Source of the DNA: Torpedo marmorata
Lineage: Eukaryota
Reading direction: 5' to 3'
DNA: 64,000 nt
Assembly: GCA_977017645.1 (NCBI GenBank)
Contig: OZ360226.1
Coordinates: 40,486,001 to 40,550,000, forward strand
The position numbers were made by a program, and so were the translations under genes. How positions within the stretch are numbered: position 1 is the stretch's first letter; each line of letters begins with the position of its first letter. Below the pieces are notes generated by a model, which was not told the origin of the DNA, ran no database searches, and saw only the letters and a program-made list of their open reading frames with translations. Positions 24,350-39,478 of the stretch are shown here, piece after piece.

Positions 24350-27189
24350 CTATCCAAAATAAGACTTAACAAAACTAAGGAAATAACATGAGAGCTTCTT
24401 GGTATTTGGAAGATCAGGCATTATAGACAACTGCCATTGAAGGTGTTGTATGAACACAATATAAATTGAACACTTTGGGACCTGATTTTATGGAGCTATG
24501 TTTGTCATATCACTGGCAAGTGAGAATTGTGGAAGGATTGTAATAAACACTAATGGGTAGGGAGGGGAGCTAACATAAAACAGTAATGTTTATATCTTTA
24601 TTGTTTATAAAATTAGCACATCAGGAATTGTTTAGCCTCCAAAGTATAGATGCGCACTTGGTAAAGTGTGCTCTAAAAGGTGTTAAATCATTTTCTGATC
24701 ACTTTCAATGCAATGGATGCATGCATCCCACAGAGGAAGAACATTCAGGCCATCAGTATGCCTACTCTGTGGTTACTTTGGGTTACAATTAGTCACATTC
24801 CCCTCTTCACAAAGCACATTGAATATTCAAAGTGATCATACTGGGTACAATGTTCCAAATGGAGTATAATAGCTTGAGGGGTGAGCTACTGGTCTTGTAA
24901 CTCCAACTGCTAAATTTCATATTTTTGTAATGCAAGTTAATTTGACCAATTAACTGTCATTTAATGTGTCAATCAAACAATTTATCTTTAGTTTTTGCTA
25001 TCCTGTTGCGATTATAATATTCATTCAGCAATTCAACAAAATGCATTTTGGCTATTTTTGGCTGTAAAGCAATACCCTGATTCAAATATAATCTTTGCAA
25101 GTATTCATTTTTGGGATTTAACTGTACACTAGGTACCTTTATTAAAATTCAGCTCTAGATCATCATCATTGCAGCCCAATGAAAATATAATCTTAATGAA
25201 ATTCCCAAAGTTCTGCTGAACGTTTAAGTATGCAACACCTTTGCCATAATTGTGCTGAAAAGTTCCTCCTGCGTCATCAATGGATGTACCGATACTTTGT
25301 AGGAGGGCATTCCCAAGTAAATCTACTGTAGTAAGAGGGAAGGAGTACTGGGCTGGGTTGTTTGTGACTTTTTGGAGCTGGTGGAGGTGGGCTCAGGTGT
25401 TTTAGGCTCGTTTATTATTTACATGCTCAATGCATTTCCTCTTGAAGTACACATTCTGTCACATTGAGCTCCTTAAAGTGGCTCCCGGCCTCTTGTTAGG
25501 TATGAAGAAGCTAGAGCTCTGGTTTAAGGGCAGATATTTATTTGATCCCTGACAGACCTAGGTTCAATAACTTATCAATTTGTAATTCGTCTGTGTTTGG
25601 CTAAAGACCGAATCACATGTGTCTCCTTTTGCAGGCAATTATAAATGCAACCAAGATATCAATTTCTCTGGGAAATACCATAAACTGAAATTGATACTTG
25701 ATCTCAGTCTGAGCTGTTCCATCACAAACTCCAAGAACTGCTTACAGTATTGTTTTAGTTAAAAATAGATCAGTATCTCATTTCACTTTGAGCTTGCATT
25801 GTCTTGGCTGCTATTTGAATCATTCCAGAGGTTTTTCAATTAATAGGAAGGAAGAAAATGTGTTTTGTGAACGTTAGACAAATAGAGAAACCTGGTGTTA
25901 TTTAACAGCAGGGGTGAGATAACAAGTGAATGTCTCACATCTCCTGATTTTTTTTTGTTTGTTCTGTTGAGTGGAAGGCATCACAGAGGAAAGAGATCAG
26001 CTCTGGGCTCACTGATAATACATTTGGGAATACGCATGTTGTTTACCGAACATATAACTGAGCATCTTTAAAGCATCAAGGCGCAAGAGGACCAGTTATG
26101 ATAAGAATCTACTTTTCCTATGTCAAGGGAGCGTGCTGTAGTAAAAACTCTGGAGATAAGGTTGTTGGAGATTAATTTTGATAGGTCATAGTCCATTGAT
26201 TGCACCTTGCCACATACGCAGGTCGTGAGTGTTTTCCCCCGTTCATTCTTAAAACAGGTGCATCCTTAATTCCTGATGTGAAAGCATTTTGGCACAATCC
26301 AATATTTGCAGATGGAATTCCAATACTGTAGTTGTGTCTTGAACCATGGTTTATTGGACCTTGCAGCTCATACCATTGGGTACGGAAAATCCAAATTGTA
26401 ACGGGAAAGTTACAAAAAACACCGAATTTTGTGACTTGTTCATGACAATAAATTCTGATTCTGATTCTGAAAGGCGTCCTTGATGGAAGCTGGAGTGCCA
26501 CTGAGTGGGAGTTAAGGGTCCACGTGATCTTTTCGTATTCTTCTCTGTGAAAGGAGCTGGACTAGTGTTATTGCTTTGGGGCATTAAAGATGTAAAGCAG
26601 GGATGTTTGCAAAAGGGTCATGGGTCCAATCAGCACGGAAACATTCCTAACCCATCCATGCTGAGCTACATGAGCTAGTTTCATTTGCCTGCCTTTGGCA
26701 CTTATCCCTCTAAACCTTTCCTCTCCAAGGGAGCTGACGTTGTCTTTTAAAGAACATAGCGTTTAATTTTTTGATCCCTCAGTTGCTCGTCTGTGCAGAG
26801 TAGAGTGTGCAGATAATGACCAGGCCTGTGAACATTGGGTAGGAGATGAGAGCTTTGCATCACACAGGCAGCAACAGCTTCCTTCACCTCTTAACCAGAT
26901 ACTTCTTTATTCATTGCCTGACTCTAAGCTGAGTGTTGTACTGTGGTCAGCTTTCAGTATCCATTTTAGTTACCAACCAGCACAAGCAGTATGTCACACT
27001 GTGCCCTCTTTCAAGTCGAGGAACTTGTTAGGCTGCTTCAGTTCACTTCAATGGTTCCGGACGTACGTGCACCTTTGATGGACGAAGCATTTGTGGTCCC
27101 CGATAGCCTGTTTGCACGACAGCTGGTGGTTCGGTTTACTGCCAGACTTACAACTGTTCTTCATTGAAAGACATTGCAAACTGTGCATC

Positions 27190-27440
27190 AAAATGAATGC
27201 ATGGTATAAACGGTGTGGGGTGAATTAAAATGCCTGCTGTAAATGGTATGACTGTAATTAAAATGCATGGCCTATACCATGTGTCAGCAATTAACATTCA
27301 TGGTGTACCACATGTAGTGAATTAAAAAACATGGTGTAAGCCGTGTGTAATGAATTAAAATGTATCATGTTAACATCATGTAATGAATTGTGTTAATAGA
27401 ACATGTTGAATTAAATGGACAAGTGTAAATCATGTGTGGT
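27190..27440. repeat. Degenerate minisatellite, unit about 32-33 bp, 7-8 copies
   Basis: (G)AATTAAAATG-CATGGTGTAA-like units recur at about 27222, 27255, 27288, 27319, 27352, 27385 and 27407. Confidence 0.7.
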
Positions 27441-30400
27441 GGTTCAGCATGAAGAACAACTATTTATGTTCTGTTCTGTTCAGTGCACTCAACATCCCAA
27501 GTTATTTCTCACAAAGTCATATTGAGGGAGAGAGTGATTGACAAACAGGCAGGCAGAAAAGGAGATTTGTGGTGGAATTTCAGAGCTAAAGAACAAATTT
27601 CAGGACATTTTTGCCAGATAGGGGCAAATGAATCTGGGAATGCAGAAGAGGGAAACATTTCAGAATACAATGGGGTGAGACCAGTATGGATCTGAAAACC
27701 CAGGGTGATGAGTGAACAGGACTCAATGCAAATTAGACCTTGGGATCAGTTTTGCAGATGCTTGCGTTTATGGAAGACAGCAATGACAGGCAATGCATAG
27801 AAACATTAAATAATCCAATGAATTGCAATAAATCATATCCACTCTTGTGAATTAAAACGAACATCATAAATCTTTTGAAGTGATTTCAAAGAAGAGTCAA
27901 TCTTGGATTGGACAGTAGGTGTGGGATTTCCATTTTGCATCAATTTAAACCTTGTTTTGATTTGTCCCTTGCAGCACCTTATGCAAAAGGTACTGTACAT
28001 CTCTAGCAGGATAATACTCTCTTGGTACCACACTGCCTATCAGATTGGAAGCAGTGTACAAATTCCAGAGTACAAATTGAACACCCATATAGTGAGGTCA
28101 GGTCCTGCTACCCCTAATGGAAAGTAATAAACTCACTATGAAAAGTTTAAATATTGAAAGAGTATTGGAGCATTCCATGGCTTTGAGGTCCTGAGCAATA
28201 AATTAGACTTGAAGAAAAGATGGATTCAGAAATTGTCCTGAATTCAATATAAGAAAGGCATGATGAAAATAACTAAGGTACAAGTTGTTGCTTTTGTGGC
28301 TTAGCAGGAAAATAAGAGGAAAGTTTAGGAAAATGCAACCAAACAATTTTTTTATCTGATAAAACACACGGGTAAAAATATGAAATGGAGTAGAGATTTC
28401 AAGGGTGGTAATTGTTCTGTGCTTGAGAGTTCACTTGATTTGTCTCACTGTGCAAGCATTGTGAAGCATTTCACACACAACTCCTGCTCCCATGAAAGAC
28501 AGGAAATTTCACGCTCATCAGTTGTGGGGTCTTTGGAGCCATGTATGAAAGAAGGACAGAGGAGATTTCGATTCCCAGTATTCTCAGTTGGCCAGATGGG
28601 AGATTATGAGGCAGTTTTTCAGTTGCCCTAGAATCACTGGTTGCTTCCCCCTGTGGTATACTGTTTGTTCCAGTGCGGCCTGAGGTATCATTACTGGAAG
28701 TCCATTTAATCCATTGGCAGGTTGGAGTGTAGCACAGGTCAGTCAGTCAGCTCATGGCTTCGACTACTGATGAAGCCCCAGTTATAGCAGGGAGCTTTCC
28801 AATAAAAAAATCCTCTTTCAGAAAAAGCAAGTAAATACACACACACACGAACACACGCAGTAAAGGGCAGTTAGGAGGTGAAAAGTACTACAAGTAGCTT
28901 CATTCATTCCAGATCTGGACCTCTTCATTGTCTCCTTAGTTCAGGACAATTAGGGGTGGGTAATAACTGCTGGCATTACCGGTGATGTCCACGTCCCATC
29001 AATGAATAAATAGAAAATAATAGGCATCAAAAATCTATCACTAAAAGTATAATTTAAAAAGTAAAATTTAAAAAAGTAAAATAAAAAAAGTAGAAAAGAG
29101 CACAGGCTTAAAAAGGGTAAAGGACATTTTCTTTAAGATGATTAGCAGGAAGGATTTCTTCACACCAATAATGGTCAACATTTGAAATGGTTTTCTGGTT
29201 AGGAGCGGTAATTAATTAAGTAGCAATTAGTGTTCACTCCTAATGACACAGGTTGCCTTGGAGAGGGTATGTCAGCAATCAACAAACCCATCCTTAGGCA
29301 TCTGACGGGACAGATAAGGTGCTGATTTGATCATAATGTTGTCTTCTTAATTTGCTTTCCACTCCAGAAAGACAATTACTGCAGGTGCTGGAATCATGAC
29401 GACACAGTGTGACACTGGAGGGACTCTAATTTGTTGAGGTGTGGGTGCAGAAGTACAAATGTGTGATCTTTGCTGTGGCCAGAATGTTCAACATCAGAGA
29501 GGAGACTTCTGAAAGGGTAGTGAAAACATGACAGGGTTGGAGCAAAGATCAGGCATCGAGTCAGAAGAAAGAAGGGGGTGGAGTCTTGGGGCATTAAAGT
29601 ATTGGGGGGAGAGGGGGCTTGGAGTAATTTGTGAGATGTGGGCTCAGGCATACACCTCATTGGATTCGATAAAGGGTTCCGACCCAAAATGGTCCATTGA
29701 CTGCCCATTTCTCTCTGTGGATGCTGGCTGACATGCTGAGTCCCTTCAGCTTCTTATTATGGGTCTTCTCTGCTCCATTGATTTTCCACATCTAAAATAT
29801 GCACATTCCCACTTGGACATCATGGGCTCAAGGGAAATGGCAATTTCACTGAGCGAAATCTGATTGATTGGTTTTCATTTGTCTAAGGGATTCTGAGTAA
29901 TTATCTCCCACTCTACATTTCAAAAGAAGTATTTTTTTAAAGTCTGGCATTCAACTTCACTGGCCTGCTGAATAGCAGTTCCTTATTCACAAAACAAACA
30001 ATTTTCACTTACCTCATCCCCCTAATCTATGCTACTTCAAGGTTCATCACTCAAGCAACATTCATTATTTTCAACAAAACATTTTTTGATCGCACTTATG
30101 GAAAATCAGTGTTCCTGCTATTCTTATTGCAGATGACAAAGTAACACTTTTTTTACCTTTCATTATTTTGATCTGCCTGAAATTGTTAACCTTCCAGTCT
30201 TTATTCTTCGAGAAAATTCCAAGTCATGTAACTTGTATCTTCAATAACAGATGCAATCTCACAAAGCCATTCATCTTCTTAATAGATTTCCTTGGGTCTT
30301 CTTCATTTGTAGGTCATTTCATTTGTAAATTTCAGATTGCCATGTCTTTAGCGTTGTACTCTGCACTCTTGACGTACTGTAACACTGCACACTGCAGTTT

Positions 30401-33269
30401 TGTTTTATTATTGCAACAGCTGTGGTACTTCAGTGTGATTTGACTTGCCTGGATAGCATGCACAATAAAACTGTCTCGGTACTTCTCATTTTGATTCCAG
30501 CCCAGCCACTCTCACCATGAGTTGCACAATATGCAGGCAGTTCTAAAGGGGACCTGGCACCATGCAAGAGCACACTTCAAGCTGATGGGGAGTGTTGCCA
30601 TTCAATGGACAGGTGTGGATGGGTGCTTCCGCAGAAAAGGAGACACGGATGGGCTGTGAGGAACGTCCTTACAGGCGATGAGGGGCACAGCTTTGTGTGG
30701 TCCACGGGCACTGTCCAGGTCATAGCCAAAGGCCGAGAGTAGAAAGAGTAGGTGGGAGTGAGAGGGGCCCATAGTCTGGACAGTGGACAGAGAATGATTT
30801 TTTACCACAAGTATTTGGATTGAAGGTGAGAGATTAAAAATACAAGCCTATTGAACCACTTATTTTATGTTGCCTTGTAACCTATGAAGCCCTGCTGATT
30901 ATGCTTTCTCCCAAGTCTTGTGTTAGTCTGTAATCCTGTAAATCACAATTTGCTTTGTGGAGAGAGAACCAGTAGAATAAGAGTAAAAAACAGCACTTAA
31001 TAGTCTGAATAGTCAAGGACACTTAGAGTATTCACAAATATAAAAATTTTAACAATTCTGGAGAAAAAACTTGCACACTTTATCTGTCGAGTCCTTTGTA
31101 ATCCATCAACACACATAGATCAATAATTTTCTGTAAAATACCTAATTGCAAAACCATAACCTCCCTGGCTTTTGGAATGTGATTGATTTCTTTCTGAGAG
31201 TTGGCAGAGTGGTGTCCTCATGATCCTGGGTTCAGTTCTTCCTTGTCTGAAGCAGTATACCCTGAAAACAAGGGTCAAAATAGTTCATCTGGATTCCAGC
31301 CTTCAATGTAAACAAAAAGAGACATCTCACTGATCGATGGCAGGGACAGAACCACTTCAATGTATTGATGCAGGCATTCCACAAAAGGACCTGTATTTAG
31401 GAACAAGCACATGGAAAACAAGGGCACTTATTGGGAAATATTTATAAACCAGATCAACGTGATTGACTCTTGAATCTCTTCCAAATAGAAAAAAGCACAT
31501 TAGTCCCATATATAACGTTGAAGGTGATCTTTAACCGGTGGAAATGGGGCTCTGTTGAAAAGTTGGAAGAGCTGTTATTTGACTTTCAAAAACTTTCAGT
31601 AATTTAAAAAAAAACTGCTGGAGGAACTCAGCAGGTCGAGCAGCATCTGTGGAGGATAAAAGATAGTTGACGTTTTGGATCAAGACCCTCCATCTCCCTG
31701 AATCAGTGAATATCTTTTTTTTTCTCCCCAGATGCCCCTCGGCTCCTTGAGTTCCTCCAAAAGCTTTTTTTTCATTCCAGATTCCAATGTCTGCAGTCTC
31801 CTGTAAATCTCCTCTCATTGATTCTTTGGAGCCCTGTCAGTGTTTAATTAAAGCAAGTCTCGATCAATGGTCCCAACCTGGAACGTTGACTGACCATTTC
31901 TTCCCAAGGATGCTGCCTCACTTGCTGAGTCCCTCCAGCTTCTCATTGTTCACTCAAGGTTTCAGTATTTGCAGTATTTGTGTTTCTCAAATCAAGTCTT
32001 GCTTCTGATGATCAGTTAAGGTACTTTTTTGTCAATATGTGCTTCAACATTTGACATTAGTTTTGTTACAGTGAACCCATCTATCTCTCCATCTCCCTCT
32101 GGCCTGAGAGCTCTGCCATCCTCCAAAGCAGGCCTTCTGTCTTTAGTTTTTATTTGCCACAATAATATTAATAGGCAAGCCATAAGAATTGAAATTCCTT
32201 CCTTTTCTGAAGCTCGCTGCTTCTCCTCTGCCTTCAGACACTCAGAATTTCATCTTTCCCATTTCCACTTGATGTTGCTCTGTGTCATGTTTTGTCTGAT
32301 GTGCACCAGTGAAGTACCTGTGAGATAATTCCTGCGTTAAAGGCACCACTTCTCTTTTACATCCGCCAATGTCAAATGCATGATCATGCTTTGAGGCATT
32401 TGTTGCCTTTGTTGTTTCAGCTGTGTTGGAACCATTGCAACAAGACGGTATGTAGCTCTCTTACAGAGGACCTAATTTGAGATCCCAATCTGTGCTTTTA
32501 CTTTAATACAGGTGTTGTTACGGGATAAGATTTGGAAGTATTCTTCCAGGCTGTTTGCTGGTTGATAACTTTAAGTGATGCACTCCAGCTCATTTTAACA
32601 TGTACTGGTGAATCTTTTTTTTCACATTATTGAAACCAAATCAATAATTCCCCCTTCTACACGTTGTGCTGTGCATTGACTTGGTGGGAGAATTGCTGAG
32701 AAGATAAGGGAAATGCACTTTCGAATGAAGTAATTCTTCCACTTTCTGTGAGAGTAACGTTGAATTTTGGAGAACTTCACACCAGGCAGTCGTCCGTTGA
32801 AAGACAATTTCACACTTTTGAAATGATTCAAGTTGCAGGAGTGTTGTGCCTCCAGAGACAATCTCACCAGCCAGGCTTTTGTGATCTGATTGCTGAATTT
32901 TCTTGCATTTTTTTCTTCAAGGTTCAGACAGAGCTAGTTGGCTATGGTCCACCTTGAAGTCTACAAACGCTGATCCTGAATAGAGAATGTTTCTCTTTCA
33001 AAATAATTAATCCTGTACATAATATGCCAGGTGTTTTTGGTACTGTGGTATATTCCCTCTGCTATGGTTTACAGATATAGAAGGTTCCTAACAAACCCAG
33101 AAATTTGTACACTTTGTTAGACTGAAATATTTTGTGGAATTAATTTTTCAGATAATGTATACTAAGGGAATTTTTCATTTCATGTTCTTTACAGAGTACT
33201 ATTCTTGGCTTCGACAAAAAATATCCAGAATAATTTAAATAGATACAACTAGCATTTTTGACCATTGTA

Positions 33270-33647
33270 CAGTACAGCACAAGAACGGATGTTTTGGCCC
33301 ATGTATCTGCACTGAACATGATATCCAAATTAAACTAAAACTCTGCTGCTTTCCCATGATACATATTCCTTTATTACCTGCGACTACATAGCAGCATCTT
33401 AAATGCTGCAATCGTATATCCTTCCACTACTGCCCCTGGTAGCCTGTTCCAAATATCCACCACTTTCTGTGCAAAAATAAATGCCACACATCTCCTTTAA
33501 GCTTCCACCACTCCCACCCCCACCACACTCCACCTCTCACTTTCAAGGAGCTATGAACCTGCAGATCTCTGCACATCGATGCATTTTAAGAGTCTTGGCA
33601 TTAACTGTGTACTTTCCCCTTACATTTGACCTCCCAAAATGCAACAA
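33270..33647 (-). mobile_element. CR1 LINE remnant (continues at 37972-38230 after the L1 insertion)
   Basis: CR1-type 3' tail and RT-region sequence (CTCCCAAAATGCAACA... ; TTTGTGTCATCTGCAA = ADDTK) split by the L1. Confidence 0.6.
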
Positions 33648-33658
33648 CTCCGACCTCT

Positions 33659-36600
33659 TTTTTTTGAATATTTTATTTAAATGTTTCGATACATGTTAAT
33701 AATCCCCAATCCCCTCTCCCCCTCCCCCTCAAACCCACCCCCCCCTCAAAAAGTAATAGATTTATATAATAGTATATCCATGTATAAAAAAGAAAAAGAA
33801 AAAAATGAAAAAAGAAAGAAAGACTTTTTGGATTGCAAAGAGGAGCACCGCCCATGACATATCTCCAAATATTTCACATACATGCACTTAGAGGATAGTC
33901 TCGCAGTTCTAGAGGCATAGGAGAGATATCACTACAAATTTAATCCCATTTTTTGGGTGTACGGGTGCCAAATTTGCAGAAACGTAGAGTACTTATTCCT
34001 CAAATTATATGTAATTTTTTCTAAAGGTATACAACTTTGAATTTCAGCATGCTACCTTTGCATATCCAAAGATATATCAGATTTCCAAGTCACTGCAATA
34101 CATTTCCTCGCTACTGCTTATGCTAATTTAACAAATTCCAATTGATAATTTGATAATTTTAATTTAGGTCTTGTACCCTTAATATTTCCTAACAGAACTA
34201 AATCGGGAGTTTGCGGAAATAAAATTCCTGTAACTTGTTCTAAAAAATTACGTATATTTACGCAAAAAAGTTTTACCTTGGGGCAAGACCAAGTTGAATG
34301 TATAAAGGAGCCCACATCTTCACTACATCTAAAACATTGATCGGATAAATCTGGCTTCATTCTATGCAACTTCTGTGGTGTAAAATATAGCTGATGCAAA
34401 AAATTATATTGAACTAATCTATATCTTACATTAATAATATTAGTCATAGAATCTCTACATAAATTTTCCCATACTTGTTGATTGATTGTAATATTTAGAT
34501 CTATTTCTATTCTCTGTCTAGATCTATATAGTCCTTGTTTAGGAGTTCCAGCTTGTAATAATAAATATATCATAGAGGTAAATTTTTAACAATTCCTCTC
34601 CTAGTCAAGAGCTCTACTTCAGTACAATTAGGTAAAGACATAGTTCGTCCAAGTTTATCTCTCAAATATGCTCTTAATTGAAAATAACAAAAAAAGAGTA
34701 TTATGTGGTATAGCGTATTTATTCCTCAACTTCACAAACGACATTAATTGACCTCTTTCATAACAATCTTCAACATTTACAATCCCGTTACGGTACCAAA
34801 TATTCAAAAACTGATTATCACTTGAAAAAGGTATAAGTGGATTTTGAATTCATGGCATTTTTGGCGATATAGATCTCTTTATTCCAATCTCATCATTAAT
34901 TTTATTCCAAATATTAAGTAGATGTTTCAGTAATGGTGTATCCTTACCAACAGTTATCAATTTCGGTTCCCATTTATATATAAATTCTTCTGCTTTCTTC
35001 TCTCTTTACTTATTCAGTTCTATATTAACCCACGCTGGTTTTTTACTTTCGAAAAAAGAAGCAAGAAATCTCATTTGGGCGGCTCGATAATAATTTTTAA
35101 AATTAGGAAGTTGTAAACCTCCCAATTCATATTTCCATGTTAATCTTTCCATAGAGACTCTTGACATTTTGCCTTTCCAAAGAAATTTCCTTACATATTT
35201 ATTTAATTCTTGAAATTTCTTTTGAGGTATTAAGATAGGTAATGTTTGGAAAAGGTATTGTATTCTTGGAAATATATTCATATTTATACAATTAACTCTT
35301 TCAACTAAAGTTATAGGTAAATTAATCCATTTTAAAAATCTTCATTAATCTTTTTAAGTAATGGTAAATAAATCAATTTATATAAATTTTTCAAATTACT
35401 GTCTGTACATATACCTAAGTATTTAATACCTTCTTTTGGCCATTTAAACTGAGTACCTCTCTGACAATGTGTATAATCACTTTCTGTTAATGACATGATT
35501 TCACTTTTATCCCAATTTATTTTATAGCCCGAAACTTTTCCATATTCTTCCTATTCAATATATAGTCTTTGTAAAGATATCTCAGGGTCAGTCAAGTATA
35601 TTAAGACATCATCTGCAAATAAACTAATTTTATGTTTTTCTTGACCTACCCTAAATCCCTTAATTTGCAAATCAGAGCGAATTATCTGGGCAAGTGGTTC
35701 TATGGCTAAAACAAATAAATCTGGGGATAAGGGGCATCCTTAACTACTAGATCTTGACAAATTAAATGGCATAGACATTTGTCCATTAGTTACTACTTTG
35801 GCTTTAGGGTTATTATATAATGCTTTAATCCAATTTAGAAAATTAATCCCAAATCCAAATTTTTCTTAATACCTTAAACAAAAAGTCCCACTCTAATCTA
35901 TCAAATGCTTTTTCTGCATCTAAAGCTACTGCAACACTCAATTCACCTCTTTTCTGAGCTAAATGGATAATACTTAATAATCTAGCTACATTTTTTGAAG
36001 CTTGTCTTTTTTAAAAAAAAACTGTTTGGTCCATATTTATTAATTTAGGAAACAATTTATTCATTCTATTTGCCAAAATTTTTGCAACAATTTTATATTC
36101 TGCATTTAATAATGAAATAAGTCTGTAAGATGAAGGTTTTAAGGGATCTCTATCTTTTTTAGGGATGACTGTAATTATTGCCATCAAAAATGTTTCTGGA
36201 AGAGTATGGGTCTCCATAGCCTGATCTAATACTTGCATAAATATAGGAATTAACAAATCCTTAAATTCTTTATAGAATTCAGGTGGAAATCCATCTTCTC
36301 CAGGTAATCTATTACTCTGTAAAGAAGCCATAGCTTCCCTTACCTCTACCTCAGTAAATGAGGCATTAAGTTCTGTCTGTTCTTCTAAATTTAATCAAGG
36401 TAGTGTTATCTGTGATAAATAATTATTTATCTTATTTTCATCTCTTGGAGACTCCGAACTGTATAATTTTGACTAAATTTTTTTAAAGGATTCATTTATT
36501 TCTTGAGGTTTATATGTAACAACATTATTATCTTTTTTAATTGCATTAATTATTTTTGAAGTCTGTTCCGCCTTTAATTGCCAAGCTAATACCTTATGTG

Positions 36601-37956
36601 ACCTCTAACCTAATTCATAATATCTTTGTTTCGTTCTTACTATTGCTTTCTCAGTTCTATATGTTTGTAATGTATTATATTGAATATTTTTATTAATCAA
36701 ATGTCTACATTTATCTTCAGAAATACAGATTTGTAAGTCTTTTTCCAATACTGTAATTTCTTTTTCTAATTGGTCTACTTCTCTCATGTATTCCTTTTTA
36801 ATTTTAGAAGTAAAACTTATAATTTGACCTCTTAAATACGCCTTTAAGGTATCCCATATAATAAATTTATTATTTACCGAGTTCAAATTTGTATCACAGA
36901 ATATCTGAATTTGTGTTCGAACAAACTCACAAAAATATTTTCTTTTCAACAACAAAGAATTAAGTCTCCATCTATAAATCGACTTCTCCTTATCAGGCAT
37001 TTCCATCATTATTAACAAAGGCAAATGGTCAGATAAAATCCTTGATTTATAATCCGCTTAAAAAATCCTAGCCTGTATTTGAGCCGAAATCAAGAATAAA
37101 TCAATTCTAGAATAAGAGTCAAAATCTACTCGAATAAAAAGAATAATCTTTCTCTCTAGGATGAATCCTTCTCCATAAATCTATTAAATTTAAACCTCTC
37201 ATCAAATCTAATGTAGCTTTAGCTGCTTTTGTTCTCCTCATTGTTCGCGTAGATCTAACAGTGGGTCTAAACAAAAATTAAAATCCCATCCTATTAAGAT
37301 ATTTTCATGTGCCTGTGCTAAATTAAAAAAAGTATCTTGAATAAATTTCTCATCATCATACAAGTTCAAAAAGGTCCACATTTTCGAATATATTTGACAA
37401 CGTACCATTACATATCTCCCTGCTGGATCTCTAACAACATTCTGAACTTTAATTGGAAGATTCTTTTTTATCAAAATCACCACACCTCTTGCTTTAGAAT
37501 TAAACAAAGATAACATTAGATATCCCACCCAATCCCTTTTTAATTTCAAATGTTCTTTTTCAGTTAAGTGTGTTTCTTGAAGAAAGGCTACATCAACTCC
37601 CAATTTCTTAATATATGTTAATACTCTCTTCCTCTTTACAGGCCCATTTAACCCATTACCATTAAAAGTTAGAAACTTTATCAGCTTACTCATCTAGGTA
37701 TAAAAAAAAAACACAAAAAGAATATATGATTATTTTCCATCGCCTCCCCTGCAAGCCTCCTCTATTACAATAAGTAACTTCATATGTCTAGGCGTACTTC
37801 CTCCAGCAATCCAAAAAGAAGAAAATATTTAGATAAAAGTACAGAAAATATGTAGTTATACAATTATACTTATAATAATAACAAAACTACTCCCAGTGTG
37901 TGTTGTCTAATTTAACAACACTAACTCCCTCTATCTTACGGGTTGTGACTAAGATC
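33659..37956 (-). mobile_element. L1-clade LINE, 5'-truncated, whole ORF2 (EN-RT-Cys) disrupted by stops and frameshifts
   Basis: APE start MSKLIKFLTFNGNGLNGPVKRKRV..FLQETHL (37693), RT blocks (PGEDGFPPEFYK, LDAEKAFD, FADD), C-terminal CFRC..H..C, poly(A). TSD CTCCGACCTCT at 33648-33658 and 37961-37971. Confidence 0.92.
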
Positions 37957-38369
37957 ACACCTCCGACCTCTCTGGGTTAAACTCTATCCACCATTTCTCT
38001 GCCCTACTTCTCTGGATTAAACTCCCTCTGCCATTTCTCTGCCCATATCTGTTACTGATCTATATCCTATTTTATTCTTTGATAGACCTCCACACTGTCC
38101 ACAACTCCATCAATCTTTGTGTCATCTGCAATTTACTAATCCACCCACCTACTTTTTCATCCAAGTCATTTATGTAAATCAGAAACAAAAGGATTTCCTG
38201 TGTCAATCCTAGTGTCAATCACGAACCTCCAGCCATTGTGACTGCTAAAATTTTAATTTTCTCTACCATGCAGAGCAGATTCACCAGAATTGTATCCCTG
38301 TGCCCACACCCCAATGAATCCCTTGCCCGTCACAATAATGAGCTCTATCCCAGCCTCACCAGGAAGTTG

Positions 38370-38785
38370 CATTGATTGGAGGACTTCAGTAGTAAGGAGA
38401 AACAGGATAAGCTGGGGCTATTTTTCTTGCAATATAGGAGGCTGAGGGATGACCTGACATATAAAATTATAAATAGTTGTGCATAAAATAGGGTAGATAA
38501 TCAATCTCTTTCCCATGGAAACAAGAGAGTATAGGTTTAAGGTGAGAGACAGGGGATTCGAGGAGTTTTTTTTTTACATGGAGATCGGATGATATTTGGA
38601 ATGGGTTACCAGAGGAGGTGGTGGAATCAGATAAATTACTATGTTTAACAAGTATTCAGGCAAACACTTGAACTACCAAGGCATAGAAGAAAATGGACTT
38701 AATGACAGCAAATAGGGTTAAATAGATGGGCACAATGATTGGCGTAGATGTGGTGGGATAAAGGGGCTATTTCTGTGCTGTCGAT
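38370..38785 (+). mobile_element. CR1 LINE 3' fragment
   Basis: AGGCTGAGGGATGACCTGA, TTTAAGGTGAGAG and CCAGAGGAGGTGGTGGAATC motifs, shared with 56930-57360. Confidence 0.7.
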
Positions 38786-39478
38786 TGGATCAAAAATTGA
38801 AACACCTCATGGGAATCTAAAGCCATGGCTGAATTTTGCATTGAAATGAAGCTGAAATAGTGCTCATCGTGAAATTGGCAATAACCTCCAGTTCACAGTT
38901 TAGAGCAGAAATCCAGATTTACATCACTAATTCCCAAATCACCCATTGAGTGTGCTGTTTTGCAGCTGCCTTCAATGTAATCTTCTGAAGTTAGTGAACT
39001 AATGGGAACCTGGCTATTTACAAACCATGCTTGCTGTAAGATATTGCTTACATAACACTCAATTGGATGAAAACTCTCCTGTTTCTCTTTGAAATTGGTC
39101 CTTTTACGTCAACTCAAGGAGATTGGCAGAACTTTTGTGAAATGTCTGTCTCTTGGATTGATTCTCCAAATGTGGAGCTCCCTAAGCACTCCACTGAATT
39201 ACTGCTGAACAAAAAGTACAAAGTTCACATGGTACTGAAGTCATGACTTCATTCTGGACAAAATCTAATTTTCAGATTTATCTAAAAATTATAAAAGAAA
39301 GAGCTCCAATTTAGAGGTTACTTGTCTCCTTTGAAGTTTACTTTCTTCAGAGTGGGCTGATCTTTTGTACTGTTGGAGCAGGAAATAAATAGGAGTATAA
39401 TCAAAACACAAGTGAAAAAAAGATAACTGTTTTTTTGCTAAATTAAAATTTAAGCACATTTAAAATTATTATCCTGTT

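Noticed and set aside
27190-27440. CRISPR-like repeat-spacer appearance
   Set aside because: The units are degenerate along their whole length, there are no cas genes, and the context is vertebrate.
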